Shown here piece after piece: positions 36,301-48,779 of a DNA stretch of 64,000 nucleotides. The notes beneath the pieces were generated by a model. That model did no database searches. It was not told the DNA's origin and worked only from the letters and a program-made list of their open reading frames with translations. How positions within the stretch are numbered: position 1 is the first letter of the stretch; each line of letters begins with the position of its first letter. Source of the DNA: Antedon mediterranea (taxonomy: Eukaryota; Animalia; Echinodermata). The position numbers were made by a program, and so were the translations under genes. The stretch spans positions 13,888,001 through 13,952,000 of the forward strand of contig NC_092672.1 of NCBI RefSeq assembly GCF_964355755.1, given 5' to 3'.

Positions 36301-37683
36301 TATTAACAAAATTTATTTCAGATTTGTCCATATTACAGTACATATCAAATATAAAGTGTAAGCAAAACATTCAAACAATATATATATAAATATCATATAA
36401 AATAATGGGCAGTACGAAAAAACAAACTGAAACACTAGGTGAGGTGCTTAAGTACTATGTGGCATTAACGTTTGATTCAAACATACTAGATTGTTCAACA
36501 ACAATCTTTACAAGAGAAGTGTTACTATTTGTAACTCTATTCATAAATCCATAACAGGTTTTTATAATATTCATAGAAAGATGGAACAACATTACTTGTT
36601 ACAAACATCTGACTAGCACTACAGTGTCTAGGGAACCCCATACATTTTCTACTGCAATAAATAGTGCTACTATAAGATTTAAACAGATTACACTTAACTT
36701 CATTGGAGCATTTGCTAAATTTGCGGCAAAACAAATTAGCATTTATGCAAGTGGATCTGTACTGACGTCTGATATCATGAGCTTCATTTAGATCATAGGA
36801 TAAAATATGACAAAGCTACAACACAATTAAGCTCATTGCCACAGAGAGTAATATGTGTTCTGAATAATATATCATGCTTAATATCATATGAATCACAGAT
36901 ACTGACTAACATTTGGAGTCCAGTAAGTGAAGGTGATAAAAGTGTATATATCATCGACATAACTTGAGTTGTTAATTCGCACTCCATAAATAGACAACCA
37001 ACACTACTTGTGTTAAGCTGTTAAAATCCTCAATATATAAATTATATAACAAGGGGACATTATGCCCCCTTGTCTCACACCATTGGAAACTGAAAACCAT
37101 TTAGATAGGTTATTACCCCACTTAATACTGAATGTTTGTAACCCATACCACGATGCAAGCAACTTAATATATTTGTTTTATAATATAATGTTATGTGCAT
37201 TTAAAGTAATTATCTATCAAAACCTTGTAAAATAAAAAAATAACTCAAATCAATGAAATAGTAAATTAATATTAACAAGTACAATACATTTATAGACGTC
37301 CAATACACGCGGACAGTTCGTGCTTACATTTTATTAATGCATATCCTTTTACACATCTATAATTATAATTTTTTAAACACTTAAAAATGATTATCATTAA
37401 TGTTAATAAATGGTTATAATAATTGTACAATAATTGTATTAATCATTATATACGTGATATTGTTGAATGAAATTGAATAAAGGTGGTGCATGCCACAAAA
37501 AGAAAAAAAAGTGAGTAAAATTAATCGACAAATTGTATTTCTTATTTTAGTCTTTAAACGCCTATGTATGTGCAAATACATAACTTGTTCTATGGGGCTA
37601 TTGATATTCAATGAGAACTCACCAATAACTACGTCTTGTGCAACCACTACTAGAAAATACCAACACAATGTACAAAATAACAT
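20516..37683 (-). CDS. Multi-exon type I membrane receptor: signal peptide, LDLR class B (YWTD) propeller, half CUB, EGF-like, beta-rich FN3/Ig-like ectodomain, TM, Tyr-motif tail
   Basis: GT-AG exons with compatible phases: 37683-37623 (MLFCTLCWYFLVVVAQDVVI), 36020-35778 (LYWSD), 35168-35006 (LYWTS), 34076-33949 (LYWTDWG), 32424-32176 (VYWCD, LYWSDW), 27999-27874 (EGF), 27384-27087, 26979-26853, 26205-25995, 25666-25483, 24582-~24425, 23921-23637, 23262-~23108, 20756-20516 (TM, IYQNV, VYESI, IYETC). The 32070-31938 CUB C-half exon is out of phase. Two donor sites are uncertain. Confidence 0.8.
21046..21190 (+). mobile_element. Penelope-like element GIY-YIG C-terminal remnant
   Basis: SHIFQHL...CFTVLD...FKLKVKEALL matches the usual end of Penelope GIY-YIG domains. 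Confidence 0.55.
21222..22462. mobile_element. MITE/foldback with about 380-bp imperfect TIRs
   Basis: 21226-21610 (gcgattttttttttcgtacataagttggggacccc...) is the reverse complement of about 22100-22462. Confidence 0.85.
22047..22090. mobile_element. P-element-like footprint with internal duplication
   Basis: gtcatac|CAAAGATAGT...ACTATCTTTG|gtcatac. Confidence 0.65.
27471..27627 (+). ncRNA. Long hairpin capped by a Penelope-type minimal type I hammerhead ribozyme core (possibly degenerate)
   Basis: Arms atgttgatataaagtttgcggtacacc...ttctgaaaagaactgttgagtt and aacttaacagttcttttcagaa...ggtgtaccgcagactttatatcaacat. Apex TTGAGGA-C-GATCAA-agcata-TTGATC-GAAACGTC. Confidence 0.6.
28567..31790 (-). 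mobile_element. CR1/L2-group LINE (Crack-like), lacks ORF1, has a 3' UTR with AATAAA and a (TTGAA)n tail
   Basis: Intact ORF2, and a caattcaattcaattca tail at about 28568-28584. The 5' boundary is approximate and no target duplication was found. Confidence 0.85.
28766..31732 (-). CDS. LINE ORF2: AP-like endonuclease plus reverse transcriptase, 988 aa, uninterrupted
   Basis: APE motifs LNCRS, SETW, GGGVA, YRPP, GDYN, IDNI, SDH. RT motifs NYRPISIL, QYGFR, LDLSKAFD, GVPQGSILGP, YADD, FLG. Confidence 0.97.
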   Translation of the reverse strand: MFECDLFDNVNVSTEYFNEDNLISSLEHSNLSSNFSIFGLNCRSVVNKFDLISNYLDSLVHAFSVIAFSETWLTEKDNINLYQLPGYSLIHNDRKDKRGGGVAFYVTNKLTYIIRNDLSSCMTEAETIFIEIELESGNNVICGIVYRPPSRSLQKFDDELTCVMQMINLEKKKAYLVGDYNINLLQQSTDNTIQSHLDTIFSQSFQPIIKSPTRISDNCASIIDNIYCNIDSFTTSLKSGILITDISDHFPIFCVDTLEKHNKQYPRFVYKRQYSPQQTEYFLQELQSNQWNDVLFSNNANVAYQNFTNTLNKTIDNCFPLKRIRNKANKLKSPWITAEIARAISQKHKLYKKYKQNNTTTNKSTYIHFRNKLTTTIRNRKKEYYMVQFERNKQDIKKTWTILNDIMGRKKTTNLPTKIKLGTETFSHNDEKADAFNSFFINIGEKLNNKFRHESQNEEITHRTFLKGNFTSSMFFKPVTEHELNHYIKNTKNTSPGHDGISAQLIKSASPFILKPLLHIINTSLSSGCVPADIKIAKVIPVFKNGDISDINNYRPISILPFFSKIFERIVYDQTICYLSKYNVLSKTQYGFRQHHSTSHALIQSIEKITNAIENKEFTLGVFLDLSKAFDTIDHDVLLDKLRFYGIRGVPLNWFSNYLKKRLQYTFIVNTASSKMTVNTGVPQGSILGPLLFLIFINDISLACNHVDMIMYADDTNVFYSHNDITQAFDTMNQELSILSDWFIANKLTLNVNKSKYVIFKARNKSADTTSLELRMGNECIVKATEVKFLGLFLDETLSFNFHVNEVANSISRIIGVLNKVKSMLSSKILLTVYNALILPRITYAITVWGATSATNLNRIHILQKKALRNICHVHFMHPSHPLFISTQTLNIFDLYTKHTAIFMYQYKHNLLPESFNNLFSTSASFHNYSTRNRSNYCPQLKRTKVGQQCISYQGTHIWNNLTDYIKQSPTLSLFKQRLKQYYNNRNI
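32473..32648. repeat. 24-bp minisatellite, about 7 copies, intronic
   Basis: gctgttatattgtattccaagatg repeated; this explains four spurious ORFs in the track. Confidence 0.95.
34203..34560 (-). mobile_element. LINE 3' end remnant with (ATTGA)n tail; its 3' UTR recurs on the plus strand at about 51135-51280
   Basis: NRLNVCYNNAFRRLLGQPRFVSA C-terminal remnant. The UTR ggattcaaacatgtactacaaatggagagaggc...aataaaagttgaattgaatt is shared by both sites. Confidence 0.65.
36300..37150 (-). mobile_element. Decayed LINE RT fragment
   Basis: GVRQGG-like motif near 37065-37085, GLQMLVSICD, and FSKCSNEVKCNLFKSY, with many disruptions. Confidence 0.6.
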
Positions 37684-39474
37684 TGTGATTGTTCCTATAA
37701 AATGTAATAAAATAGACAATAAATGGATTGCAAATTGAGTTTAATATTTGCTATTATGAAAGTGTTTTTAAATTGAATTTAAAATTTTAAACTTCAACTG
37801 TAAATTATTCGCAACATTAACTGTCGACCCTTTGTATCGTAGGTCTTCTCCAAACCCTACCCAAGTTGACTATTTTAAATAATTACTACCCTTTCAAAAT
37901 ATGTTGCAGAACCTGCAGAATAATAATTTCCTATATTAAAGATTAACATTTCAATATATTACAGCTTTCCTAAAGAAAATTACATAAAATAAATTGGAAT
38001 AGTAAGATCATGGTTTATTTATCAAAACAATCAATTAACATTTCGGGAGGGAGCTATACCTAATGAAAGAACAAAATTATTATTTTAAAGAAATACATGT
38101 ACTGTACGAACAGTAACAACACAATTGTCAATTCTCATAGCTCTTTACAATAAATAGAACATATGTCTTTCTTTTAGCTGGGCAGATTATGGCCAAAAAG
38201 TCCTCTAGAAAAGGATGAGGTGGCAATGGAAGTACTACCGGCTAATTTTTATATTTTTTGAAAATATAGGTCTAGGGAAGGTCACAACTCAAAATTACCC
38301 AGAATTCCCTTGGGGGAACATGCCCAAATCGTACAATCAAAATGGCCGCCATTTTTTACATTAAAATTTAGGTTTTTGGAGAATTTAACTTAAAAGTACT
38401 TTTCTCCAAAACTACTCACCAACAATCATTGAAACTTGCTAGAACCATACTATGGTATTGGAAAATGAATAAAACAATGAAAAAAATTAAAATATCCATT
38501 GCTATAGCAACCGTTGCTATGCATTTTTTTACATTACAGATTTTACACATAATTTTTCCATAAAAAAGCACAAAAGTTTTTTTTTCAAATTATATACAAT
38601 AACTTTTTTAGCAATTTTTGAATTTAAACTATCTAATAGTATTGCTAAATATAGTAATGTAAAAAAATAATTCCAAAATTGTATAATTTTGTAACAAAAT
38701 GCATTTTCATTTCCATAGCAACAACATAAAATTATACAAATTGTCCAGTTACTTTTCATTCCATAGGCAAAAATCATCTGATTTTGTTATTTATAAGAAA
38801 TGCCAAATAGGTTATCTAATGAATATAATGTTAACTTTTTAGGTGTATGAAAAAATGTGTTTTATCACCATAGCAACCATTTCTATGTATATTATATTAT
38901 CTCTGATTAGGTAAAAACATCCAAACCAAGTATCAATACACCTTTTGTCTCCATAGCAACAAAGCAAATTTACCAGAATTGTGTTAATTTTGATTCTTTA
39001 AAAAAGAGCATAACCATCATATGTTGAGTTCTACTTATGGTAGAGACTTGATTTTGGTATCAACATTTTCACAATACTAATATTTCTATTAGCTGTAATG
39101 AAATATTTTCTCGATAGGTTGCCAGAAAAACAATTATTGCCAGAAAACTGGCTTTGTTGTGTAAAAATTTGACTTTTATCATACATTTTCCCCAAAACCA
39201 TTTATTACTAATAATATATATTTTATACAAAAAAACAACTGTAGCTACAATAAATTAATCATAGCACATATTAAAAAAAAAATTTTTATAGGCCTACCAT
39301 TCCATTTAAATAATTTACATTTAAAACAAATATTTCCCCAATTTTTCAATATAAACAAAAACTATTCAAAAGCTGTGACATGCTGGTAGGTTCTACTTAT
39401 GCTTGACTTGATTTTGGTTGAAAAAAATGTTTTCCCTACACTGACATAACTTTATTTAACACGAAGTACATCAA

Positions 39475-39545
39475 TACTCGGGTGGAACTCGAACCCATGT
39501 CCTTTAGATCAATAGCCTGGTGTTATAGACCATCAAGCTTATGCT
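39475..39545 (-). mobile_element. tRNA-derived SINE head (degenerate)
   Basis: Minus-strand B box GGTTCGAGTTCC and an A-box-like aagcttgatggt. Confidence 0.45.
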
Positions 39546-39687
39546 GGTAATAGATTCGCATCTAATTAAATGATGCAGTGGGTACTTTGCCAAAAGACCG
39601 TACTAATAAGAACATTTGGTTTGATTCCTACCAGAGATTATTGTTCAATGTACATTATAATAGTAGTAATTATGTCGGATTTCACAG

Positions 39688-39725
<38 letters not shown>

Positions 39726-40889
39726 TGTGTGTCCTAATTCTGTGTGTGATTTTACTAATTTCGCTAAAAACATGTGTATGCAAATTTCAAATAACAATAG
39801 TTTCAGTTGACTAAAAATAGAACAGCAACAACAACAACAAAATTGGTGAAAATATTGTTTTTTTAACTACTGGTATAAAAAACCTGTACATTAAATCAAA
39901 TTATGTTTTGTTCTAAAATTACAAATTATAAATCTTGCCTCTTATACAAGGGTTTTTAGTTCTCGAAAAAATGACTACTCGCCGATGCCTTTAGAAAATG
40001 GACCCTGGCCCGGATTGCCCCAACATTTAATGGAGTGGTCCTTGACCATGTAATAAGATCTGATGTCTTGTTTTTGGTAATAATCTTGCAATTAACTTTT
40101 TGAGTTAATAAACAGACAAACACACGCAATCTACTGTACCACAAATACTGTGGAATTACTTGCTAGAGTGTTTCTAAATTAGGTAAGAAAACTTACAGAA
40201 TAAGCCAAACAAAATATCAAATTAACTTAACTCCCTGACTTTTGCTTATTAACGCCCACAATGTTTTAGTTTAAATAGGTATATTCAAAAGATGCCTATT
40301 TAAAAACAAAAAAATCGGTTCATTAATAACAATAAAAAGGTTTTAGAAGGACGTTCTCTTTTCTGTCGGTTACCATTATTGAAAATGCTTGACATTCGTA
40401 AAACTAAACCTACTCTGTTTCACAGTGTCTTAGATGATTAATAACATTTTAAAGTATAGTGTTTATTGTTTGGTAGGGCCTTGATAGGGTGGAGGTGGGG
40501 AGGCGGAGTTCATTTGAGGGAGGTGCTTATTCGAGGGATATGTTAATTTTTTTTTTCTTATCATCAAATCTCCCAATGTAATTTTATAATACTATTCCCC
40601 ACAATATATTCCGATTCTTTATGTCATATATTTAATTTGATCTTATTTTTTAACTACTGTACCTTCACATGCGCGGTCCGTTCCTAAAATAAACAAAAAA
40701 CCGAAATGGCTATAGCCGCTATGGCCAACTTAAGCTCCAGTCCTACTATCGGTTTTTTCTTCAGTCTTCCAAAGGGACACTGTATTGATTGATGGAAAGT
40801 GCCTGTTTCCAGTCACCTTCAGGGTCAAATATATTATTTTTACTGCTACCTTGTGTATAAAAGAGAGAAAATAGTTGAAACCAGGGGTA

Positions 40890-43800
40890 GTCCAGGAGTA
40901 TTAGACTTTGAGGTAGAAATAAATATGCTAAAGCTGAATTTTTCAGGATAGGTCCCTAATGTTGTCTGAAACAACATACTAAAAGTCCCCGGGTTTCCTC
41001 GTTGTGCTTCAACCCGATTGGGCCATTTTTCAAAATGGCGGCCATCTTAAAATTATTTACCATATGCTGACAACCAGTAGGTGTAAGTAAACAATCTTGG
41101 TGTCAAAATACTCAGAAGACCCATATTTATATTCACTGTAATGAAAAAGTTTAACAAAAAATGGTCAGAAATGCCTGTTTTGACCTTTGACCATAAATTT
41201 GGATTATCTCAATATCTCATCAATGACTGGCCGTAGAGACTTCAAAGTTGTCCCAAATTATTCAGAATGCCCAACTTTCTATTCACTTTAATGAAAGAAA
41301 AATACCAAATTCCTTTAGAAACCTTCTATTTTGACCTTTGAACTATTGACCTAGACATATTTTAATTTTATAGACATCTTGGTGATCGATAGGAGTACAC
41401 AAGCGAAATTGCTGTAAAAATACTCAGAAGACCCATATTTATATTCATTATAATGGAAAAGTTTTTAAAAAAATGACCGGAAATGCATGTTTTGAACTTT
41501 GACCCTAAATTTGGATTATCTCAATATCTCATCAACGACTGGCCGTAGAGACTTCAAAGTTGTCCCAAATTATTCGGAATGCCCAACTTTCTATTCACTT
41601 TAATGAAAGAAAAATACCAAACCTTCTATTTTGACCTTTGAACCCTTGATCTGGTCATATTGTATACCAAAATTGTATAGAAATTTTGGTGATCTGATCG
41701 ATAGGAATACATAAGGGAATTTGGTGTCAAAATAGTTAAATTTAAGTTGACATAAAGACAGACAGAATCTAACAATTCATCAGTATGGCCATTGCCATGA
41801 GAGGTAAAATTCATTCCAAATTGCTCAGATGCTAAACAGACAAACCAAGCCCCAATTTTAAACTATATATATATGATACATTTTACTGTCTGTTTGGGCT
41901 TTAGCCTGTTTTCACTTCTTTTATTCATTTTATTTTATTTTATTTTATTCAAACTCATTCAACAGCGGGAAACCCGCCCCTTACAGAATGGAATAAACTA
42001 TACCATATAAAAATATATATAAATCTTAAAATCTAACAATACAAAATTATACAATTTTACTAATTTTATTACAAAAACAATTATAACGGTCAAAAAAGAT
42101 ATCAATAGAATTATCTTTAACAACACAATTATCATTAGTAACCAAACAAATTTTATTATTTATTTATTCTTGAAATAAAGGTTAGAAATTAGTCCTCCAA
42201 AAAATGCCACGCCTTCTCTATATGGCTAATGTCCATGTTTAAACTTTGGAGCTATACCAATTCTGAAATGTTCCTCTTCGGCAGTGCCATTTAATATTAT
42301 AGCAGAGACCACTACTGGTTGATTTGACACACACTTATTGGTAAAATTGGTTTTTTTTTTTCAATTGAGCTGCACTATTACATTTCTTTGTGTATATAGG
42401 TCTGGAGTACATAATTCATCTTATAACATTTTTTAAATTGTCTAAAACTGCACACTGTACATAGTCACCCACCCAACCATTTATCAAGGTCTCAGTCTAA
42501 GTCTCATTTTAGGCTCTAGTCATACCTCCGATTCTTATCTGATATGATGCAATTTAATTTTAAAAGAATTATTGCATTTATCTTTAAGATGTGAACATTT
42601 TTCTCTACGGTATTTTTTCTAATCAAAATTCTCTAAAAATCGAAAATACTTCAGGACTATAATTATGATGGTTAATAAAATAAGGGCATGAAAATCTGTT
42701 GAAGACCATAACAACTTTACAGTGACAATTTCTTTATAATCCATCTTGATAGATTTGTAAGAGTTTCATATTGTATTTTATTATTTAGGTGATTTGTCAA
42801 ATGACACATTGTGACCCTTTGATACCTGAAATTATGGCCTCATATCTATATTGATGAATATTATTATTCGTCCATCGGACATTTTTTCTAGGCTGTTTCA
42901 GATAAATTTGACATCTCATGGCATGATGAATGGTATGATATGTCCATCATGCTATTTGGGACTTAAATTATTAAATTATAATGTAGTGATTAAAGTTAAA
43001 GGTAAAAAAACATGGGTGTTTTGGAATATTTTGACAACAAATTCGCTTATGTATTCCTATCGATCACCAAGATTTCTATATAATTATGATATAAAAATTG
43101 TATTGTCCAGATCAATAGTTCAAATGGCAAAATAGGTGGTTTCAAAAGGCTTTTAGTATTTTTCTTAAACTACAGTGAATAGAGAGTTGGGCACACTGCT
43201 TAATTTAGGACAATTTTGAAGTCTCTACGGCCAGCAGTTGATGCGGTATTGAGATAACCCAAATTTAGGATCAAAGTTATAAATTTTGAAACCAATTTCG
43301 TATCCTATCGATCACCAAGATGTCTATAAAAATAAATATGCCTACGTCAATAGTTCAACGGTCAAAATAGAAGGTTTCTAAAGGTTTTTGGTATTTTTCT
43401 TTCATTAAAGTATAAATAGAAAGTTGGGCATTCCGAATAATTTGGGACAACTTTGAAGTCTCTACGGCCAGTCGTTGATGAGATATTGAGATAATCCAAA
43501 TTTAGGGTCAAAGTTCAAAACATGCATTTCCTGTCATTTTTAAAAAAACTTTTCCATTATAATGAATATAAATATGGGTCTTCTGAGTATTTTGACACCA
43601 ATTTCGCTTATGTACTCCTATCGATCACCAAGATGTCTATAAAATTAAAATATGCTTAGGTCAATAGTTCAAAGGTCAGAATAGAAGGTTTCTAAAGGAA
43701 TTTAGTATTTTTCTTTCATTAGAGTGAATAGAAAGTTGGGCAATCTGAATAATTTGGGACAACTTTGAACTCTCTACGGCCAGTCGTTGATGAGATATTG

Positions 43801-44123
43801 AGATAATCCAAATTTATGGTCAAAACAGGCATTTCCGGTCATTTTTTTAAAAACTTATCCATTACAGTGAATATAAATATTGGTCTTCTGAGTATTTTGA
43901 CACCAAAATTGTTTACTTACACCTACTGGTTGTCAAAATATGGTAAATAATGTTAAGATGGCCGCCATTTTGAAAAATGGCCCAATCAGGTTGAAGCACA
44001 ACGGGGAAACCCGGGGACTTTTAGTATGTTGTTCCAGACAACATTGGGGACCTATCCTGAAAAATTCAGCTTTAGCATATTTATTTCTACCTTTGGCCCT
44101 TTTTGTGTCTAATACTCCTGGAC
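40890..44123. mobile_element. Nested foldback with about 0.8-1-kb TIRs built from about 300-bp subrepeats, TA-flanked
   Basis: TA|GTCCAGGAGTATTAGAC...GTCTAATACTCCTGGAC|TA. The ctggccgtagagacttcaaagttgtcccaaattattc module occurs twice on the left and three times inverted on the right. Confidence 0.85.
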
Positions 44124-44357
44124 TAGGTGAATTCATCGTGAACCCGGAAATTACTTTGACCGCGAAGAATCGAAATTGAGTTGAAAATCTACTGTTGAAA
44201 TCAAACATTTTGTTAAAAAACTAATGTTATCAAATTTACATTTCACGGTACATCTGAGATAGATCAGGTATGTACCCAAGGCAGAGATACCGAAGTTTTT
44301 CCATTGTGCTCGCCTATGTCAGAATTAACCATAATTATGTGATAATTTAGAATAAAA

Positions 44358-45866
44358 TGATCACCTATTGTTATTGTATAAAATCTTTATTATTGTTATT
44401 CTTAATATTTATTTCTTTCTGTACAGATTTTGTGTGTCAATTATCTCAAAAAGTTAAATGTCAATAATCACAAAAATTTCAAATTATATTAAAAATAATT
44501 TAGTTTAGTCGTAGTTAGTTTTTCAGCGTGATCACTCATCCGTGACGTCATTTATACACCATTTTGTGAAATCACAGTATCAATCATATCTCCATAATTC
44601 ATTATCACAAGAAAATTCACTACACATAAACTTCAGGTCAATATTAGCAAATAAAAACTTGCGCGTTTCAAGGTCATGCGCGTGAAATTGCGCGTTAAAA
44701 ATTTAGAGAGCTCAAAATTAAGTTTTGATCAATTTTAGAGAATGAATTAGGCCATTAGGCAAAAATTTGCGCGCGCGATACTTAAAAGGCGTAAAAAATA
44801 CGATTCTAATCACCATCCTTAGTATATTCACAACATTTGAGCCAGTTCCGACTTAAAATAACGCTATACGAGCACGTTAAAAATGACAAAATGCGAAAAA
44901 TAATTGCACAAAAGTGCTTAAAATTGTAAAAAATAAGGCAATTTTAAAATGAAAATATTTCTTCAGAATGCGCGATGACCCCCAATTTGTTTAACTTATT
45001 CTTGAAGCCATTGTTGTAGATATGAATTCATGTACACATTTTATGTACAAAATGTTGTGACGTCATCAAATGGCCACTTGAATTTAAAATTAAGTTTTTT
45101 TTCTCTTTCGTCATATTTTATCACATTCAATAGAACGCATCTCTGTTATTTTGTGCCCGATTTTCGATCAAATTTTAGTATGTGATTGCTTAATTAATTG
45201 CCTTTCTCATGACTTGCCACTATTTTATTTTCGATGACGTCATCACGCGTAAAAACTTAATAACGTAGGTTGTGTAATTTGACCTTCAGCGTATATTTAA
45301 ATATCTCACATCTTTTCAGAATTAGAGGTGACCTTGTTGATTATAATTGATTATGAAAGCTGATGAAATGTAGATATAAATTCATATAAAAATTAAGTTT
45401 TTCGGATGCTGTGACGTTTTGATATGGCCAGTTGAATTTAAAAAGTATTTTTTTCATCTTTTTCGTCAAATTTATAACAATTTCAAAGAGCGCGTACTGC
45501 GCATCTACATGCCAAATTTTCTTCCAAATCTTATATTTTGTTGCTCAATTCATTATCTTTTGAAATTGTCAACTTCAAGTTTATTTTGATAACGTCATCA
45601 TACCAAAAAATTCAAACATAATGTGGGTCCCGTAATTTCACCTATGTTACACTGATATACAGTACAGAGCATAATCTATATTCTATTTGACACTAATAGG
45701 CACCAATCAGCACCATAAGCATTTATCCATCAGGTCATAGAAATGCATAAACCAATATTTTGCGGTAATATCTAATGTACGTGCATGTTTCTTTAAAAAT
45801 TAAGTATTAGTACAATTTTGAAAATGATCACCTATAATTCGTCAAAGTGACGAATTAAATTCTAGT
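44358..45866. mobile_element. Helentron/DINE-1-like non-autonomous element
   Basis: The subterminal repeat tgatcacctat occurs at both ends. The terminal hairpin aattcgtca-aag-tgacgaatt is followed by CTAG and a T-run. Confidence 0.65.
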
Positions 45867-48779
45867 TTTTATATAGATACTATACTTCATTACCCCAAAC
45901 ACCAGAATCCCCTCCCAACACACCCCATACTGGGTGTGATGTGTACAAATTATGTTGAGTTAATACTCCCAATTCATAACCCCTATTATTTAAATGGAAT
46001 GGTAGGCCTATAACATTTTTTTTGTTTTAAATATGTGCTATTATTAATTATTGTAGCTACAGTTGTTTTTTGTATAAAATATATATTATTAGTAATAAAT
46101 GGTTTTGGGGAAAATGTATGATAAAAGTCAAATTTTTACACAACAAAGCCAGTTTTCTGGCAATAATTGTTTTTCTGGCAACCTATCGAGAAAATATTTC
46201 ATTATAGGTAATAGAAATATTAGTATTGTGAAAATTTTGATACCAAAATCAAGTCTCTAGCATAAGTAGAACTCAACATATGATGGTTATGCTCTTTTTT
46301 AAAGAATCAAAATAAACACAATTCTGGTAAATTTGCTTTGTTGCTATGGAGACAAAAGGTGTATTGATACTTGGTTTGGATGTTTTTACCTAATCACAAT
46401 ATTTTACAGTCTCCATACAAACTTTTTAACATAAAATTATTCCGAACTGCAAATAATATGCAAAGCTCCAAATTCTATATATTTTATTTCAGGTAAAAAT
46501 GAGGTAATCTAATATACATAGAAATGGTTGCTATGGTGATAAAACACATTTTTTCATACACCAAAAAAGTTAAAATTATATTCATTAGATAACCTATTTG
46601 GCATTTCTTATAAAAAACCAGTACCAGATGATTTTTGCCTATGAAATGAAAACTTAACTGGACAATTTATATAATTTTATGTTGTTGCTATGGAAATGAA
46701 AATGTATTTTGTTACAAAATTATACAATTTGGAATTATTTTTTTAAATAACTATATTTACCAATACTAGTAGATAGTTTAAATTCAAAAATTTCCAAAAA
46801 AAGTTATTTTATATTATTTGAAAAAAAAAACTTTTGTGCTTTTTTATGAAAAATTCTGTGTAAAATCTGTAATGTAAACAAATGCATAGCAACGGTTGCT
46901 ATAGCAATGGATATTTTAATTTTTTTCATTGTTTTATTCATTTTCCAATACCATATTATGGTTCTAGCAAGTTTCAATGATTGTTGGTGAGTAGTTTTGG
47001 AGAAAAGTACTTTTAAGTTAAATTCTCCAAAAACCACAATTTTAATGTAAAAAATGGCGGCCATTTTGATTGTGCGATTTGGGCATGTTCCCCCAAGAGG
47101 ATTCTGGGTAATTTTGAGTTGTGACCTTCCCTAGACCTATATTTTCAAAAAATATAAAAATTAGCCGGTAGTACTTCCATTGCCACCTCAACCAAAAAAT
47201 AGCCTCTAATCTGCCCACCTATTTTGATTGATTGATAGATATAGATAGACTGATTGACTCGATTATTCAAGCAACATGACTTTGTATTATTCTAAACTGA
47301 AAGATAATCTTTTAAATGCGACTTACTAACCTGTACTGTTTTATCGTATTCACTGGTTGTCTCCTTTAAAACGAAGAACCTCTCACGCACGAAAAGTTTA
47401 GATATAGACCAGAAACATGACACCAGTAACTAATAATAAACACAAGGAAATTCTCATATTATTAAAATAACATTCGGCATTTAACAAAACCAACATTCAA
47501 GAAGGAAGTTAAAAGAAAAACAGTAAATAAGACAATAACAAACAAAAACGCATCCATTTGTATTGCACCAGGGAAGGTCTCTAAATTAAATGAGGATTAA
47601 CAGCCTGGGGGATCATTTTTTTAAAATTTCATTTCATTTTTTTATTCGACACAATCGGTCAAGGAACCTGGAGATTTTCTTCAAATTTAGAGAATCAGGG
47701 CACCAAGAAAAAAGGGAATAGCCAAACAAGCAACTTACTACATAGAACATATTATTTAAATTTAAAACAATTTATTTTATAATTGATTTTCTTAACCAAG
47801 GTTTACACTATAACTTCACTAGACAAATTATTGTCAAGATATAGACCAATAATAATCTATACAGGTGAAATAGTTGTTTATTGGTATTTCTTTGTTGTTT
47901 CACTTCACTTCTGCTTAGATCGAAAACTCTTTCCTAATAACCTTTCCGATTAGCTACTTGTATATATCCGGATCCGGATATAGTTTCACTTTCATCAATA
48001 CTCATTGCATTTATTATGGATTGAATTGGTTCTACTCAATTGTTCCTCTGAATACAAACAATTATCTTGAAACACTTTACATTCTTCAAGATTTCCGTTG
48101 ATTTTAGATCTTGTGATCTAGTTACCTTCTTGAAAATATCTAGCTTGTTCATTTTACATGTTTGTAAAGAAAAATTTGGAAATTTTATTTCTAAAATTTT
48201 ATTTTAAGCAACTTAAAATTGGCAAAAGGATTCCAGCGTTACGTTATGTGTCAACATCAAACATTTTAAATAAATGGCAAAGCCATTCCTATCATGAGGA
48301 TATTTTCCAGCAAAACGAGAGGCCGGAAAACAATCCATATACATGGCTGCAGTCGCGTGCTCAAATTTGAGTTAGTGTTTACCGACCGACCGACCGACCG
48401 ACAGACATAGTGAGCTGTAGAGTAAAATGGTTATCACTTTCACCAATTCATACTTCGACGGATGATTGATTCAACCCAATATACTAAACAACAACAAGTC
48501 CATTTAAACCGTTAAGTTTTAAAAGTAATACAAAATGGACAATCTTCAAAAACAAAACACAGAATTGTAAGATTAATTGTATAACAAATGCAATTAATCA
48601 TAAATTCAACTTTTAACATATTGCAGAGGTCAATGGTGATGAAAATAGACAAAATATCCTAATAGAAGATGTGTGGTAATACTAATCTTATAAGTTAAAA
48701 ATCAATGACATACCCACCATGAATCCAAGTGGATAACAATTTTTTAGGCCAAATTATTTAACCTTTCCTTGACGATTGA

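Larger units (their letters stand above)
38177..47219. mobile_element. 9-kb foldback element with about 1.1-1.2-kb TIRs, TA-flanked, containing nested insertions
   Basis: TA|GCTGGGCAGATT...AATCTGCCCACC|TA. 38177-39314 is largely the reverse complement of 45985-47219. Confidence 0.85.
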
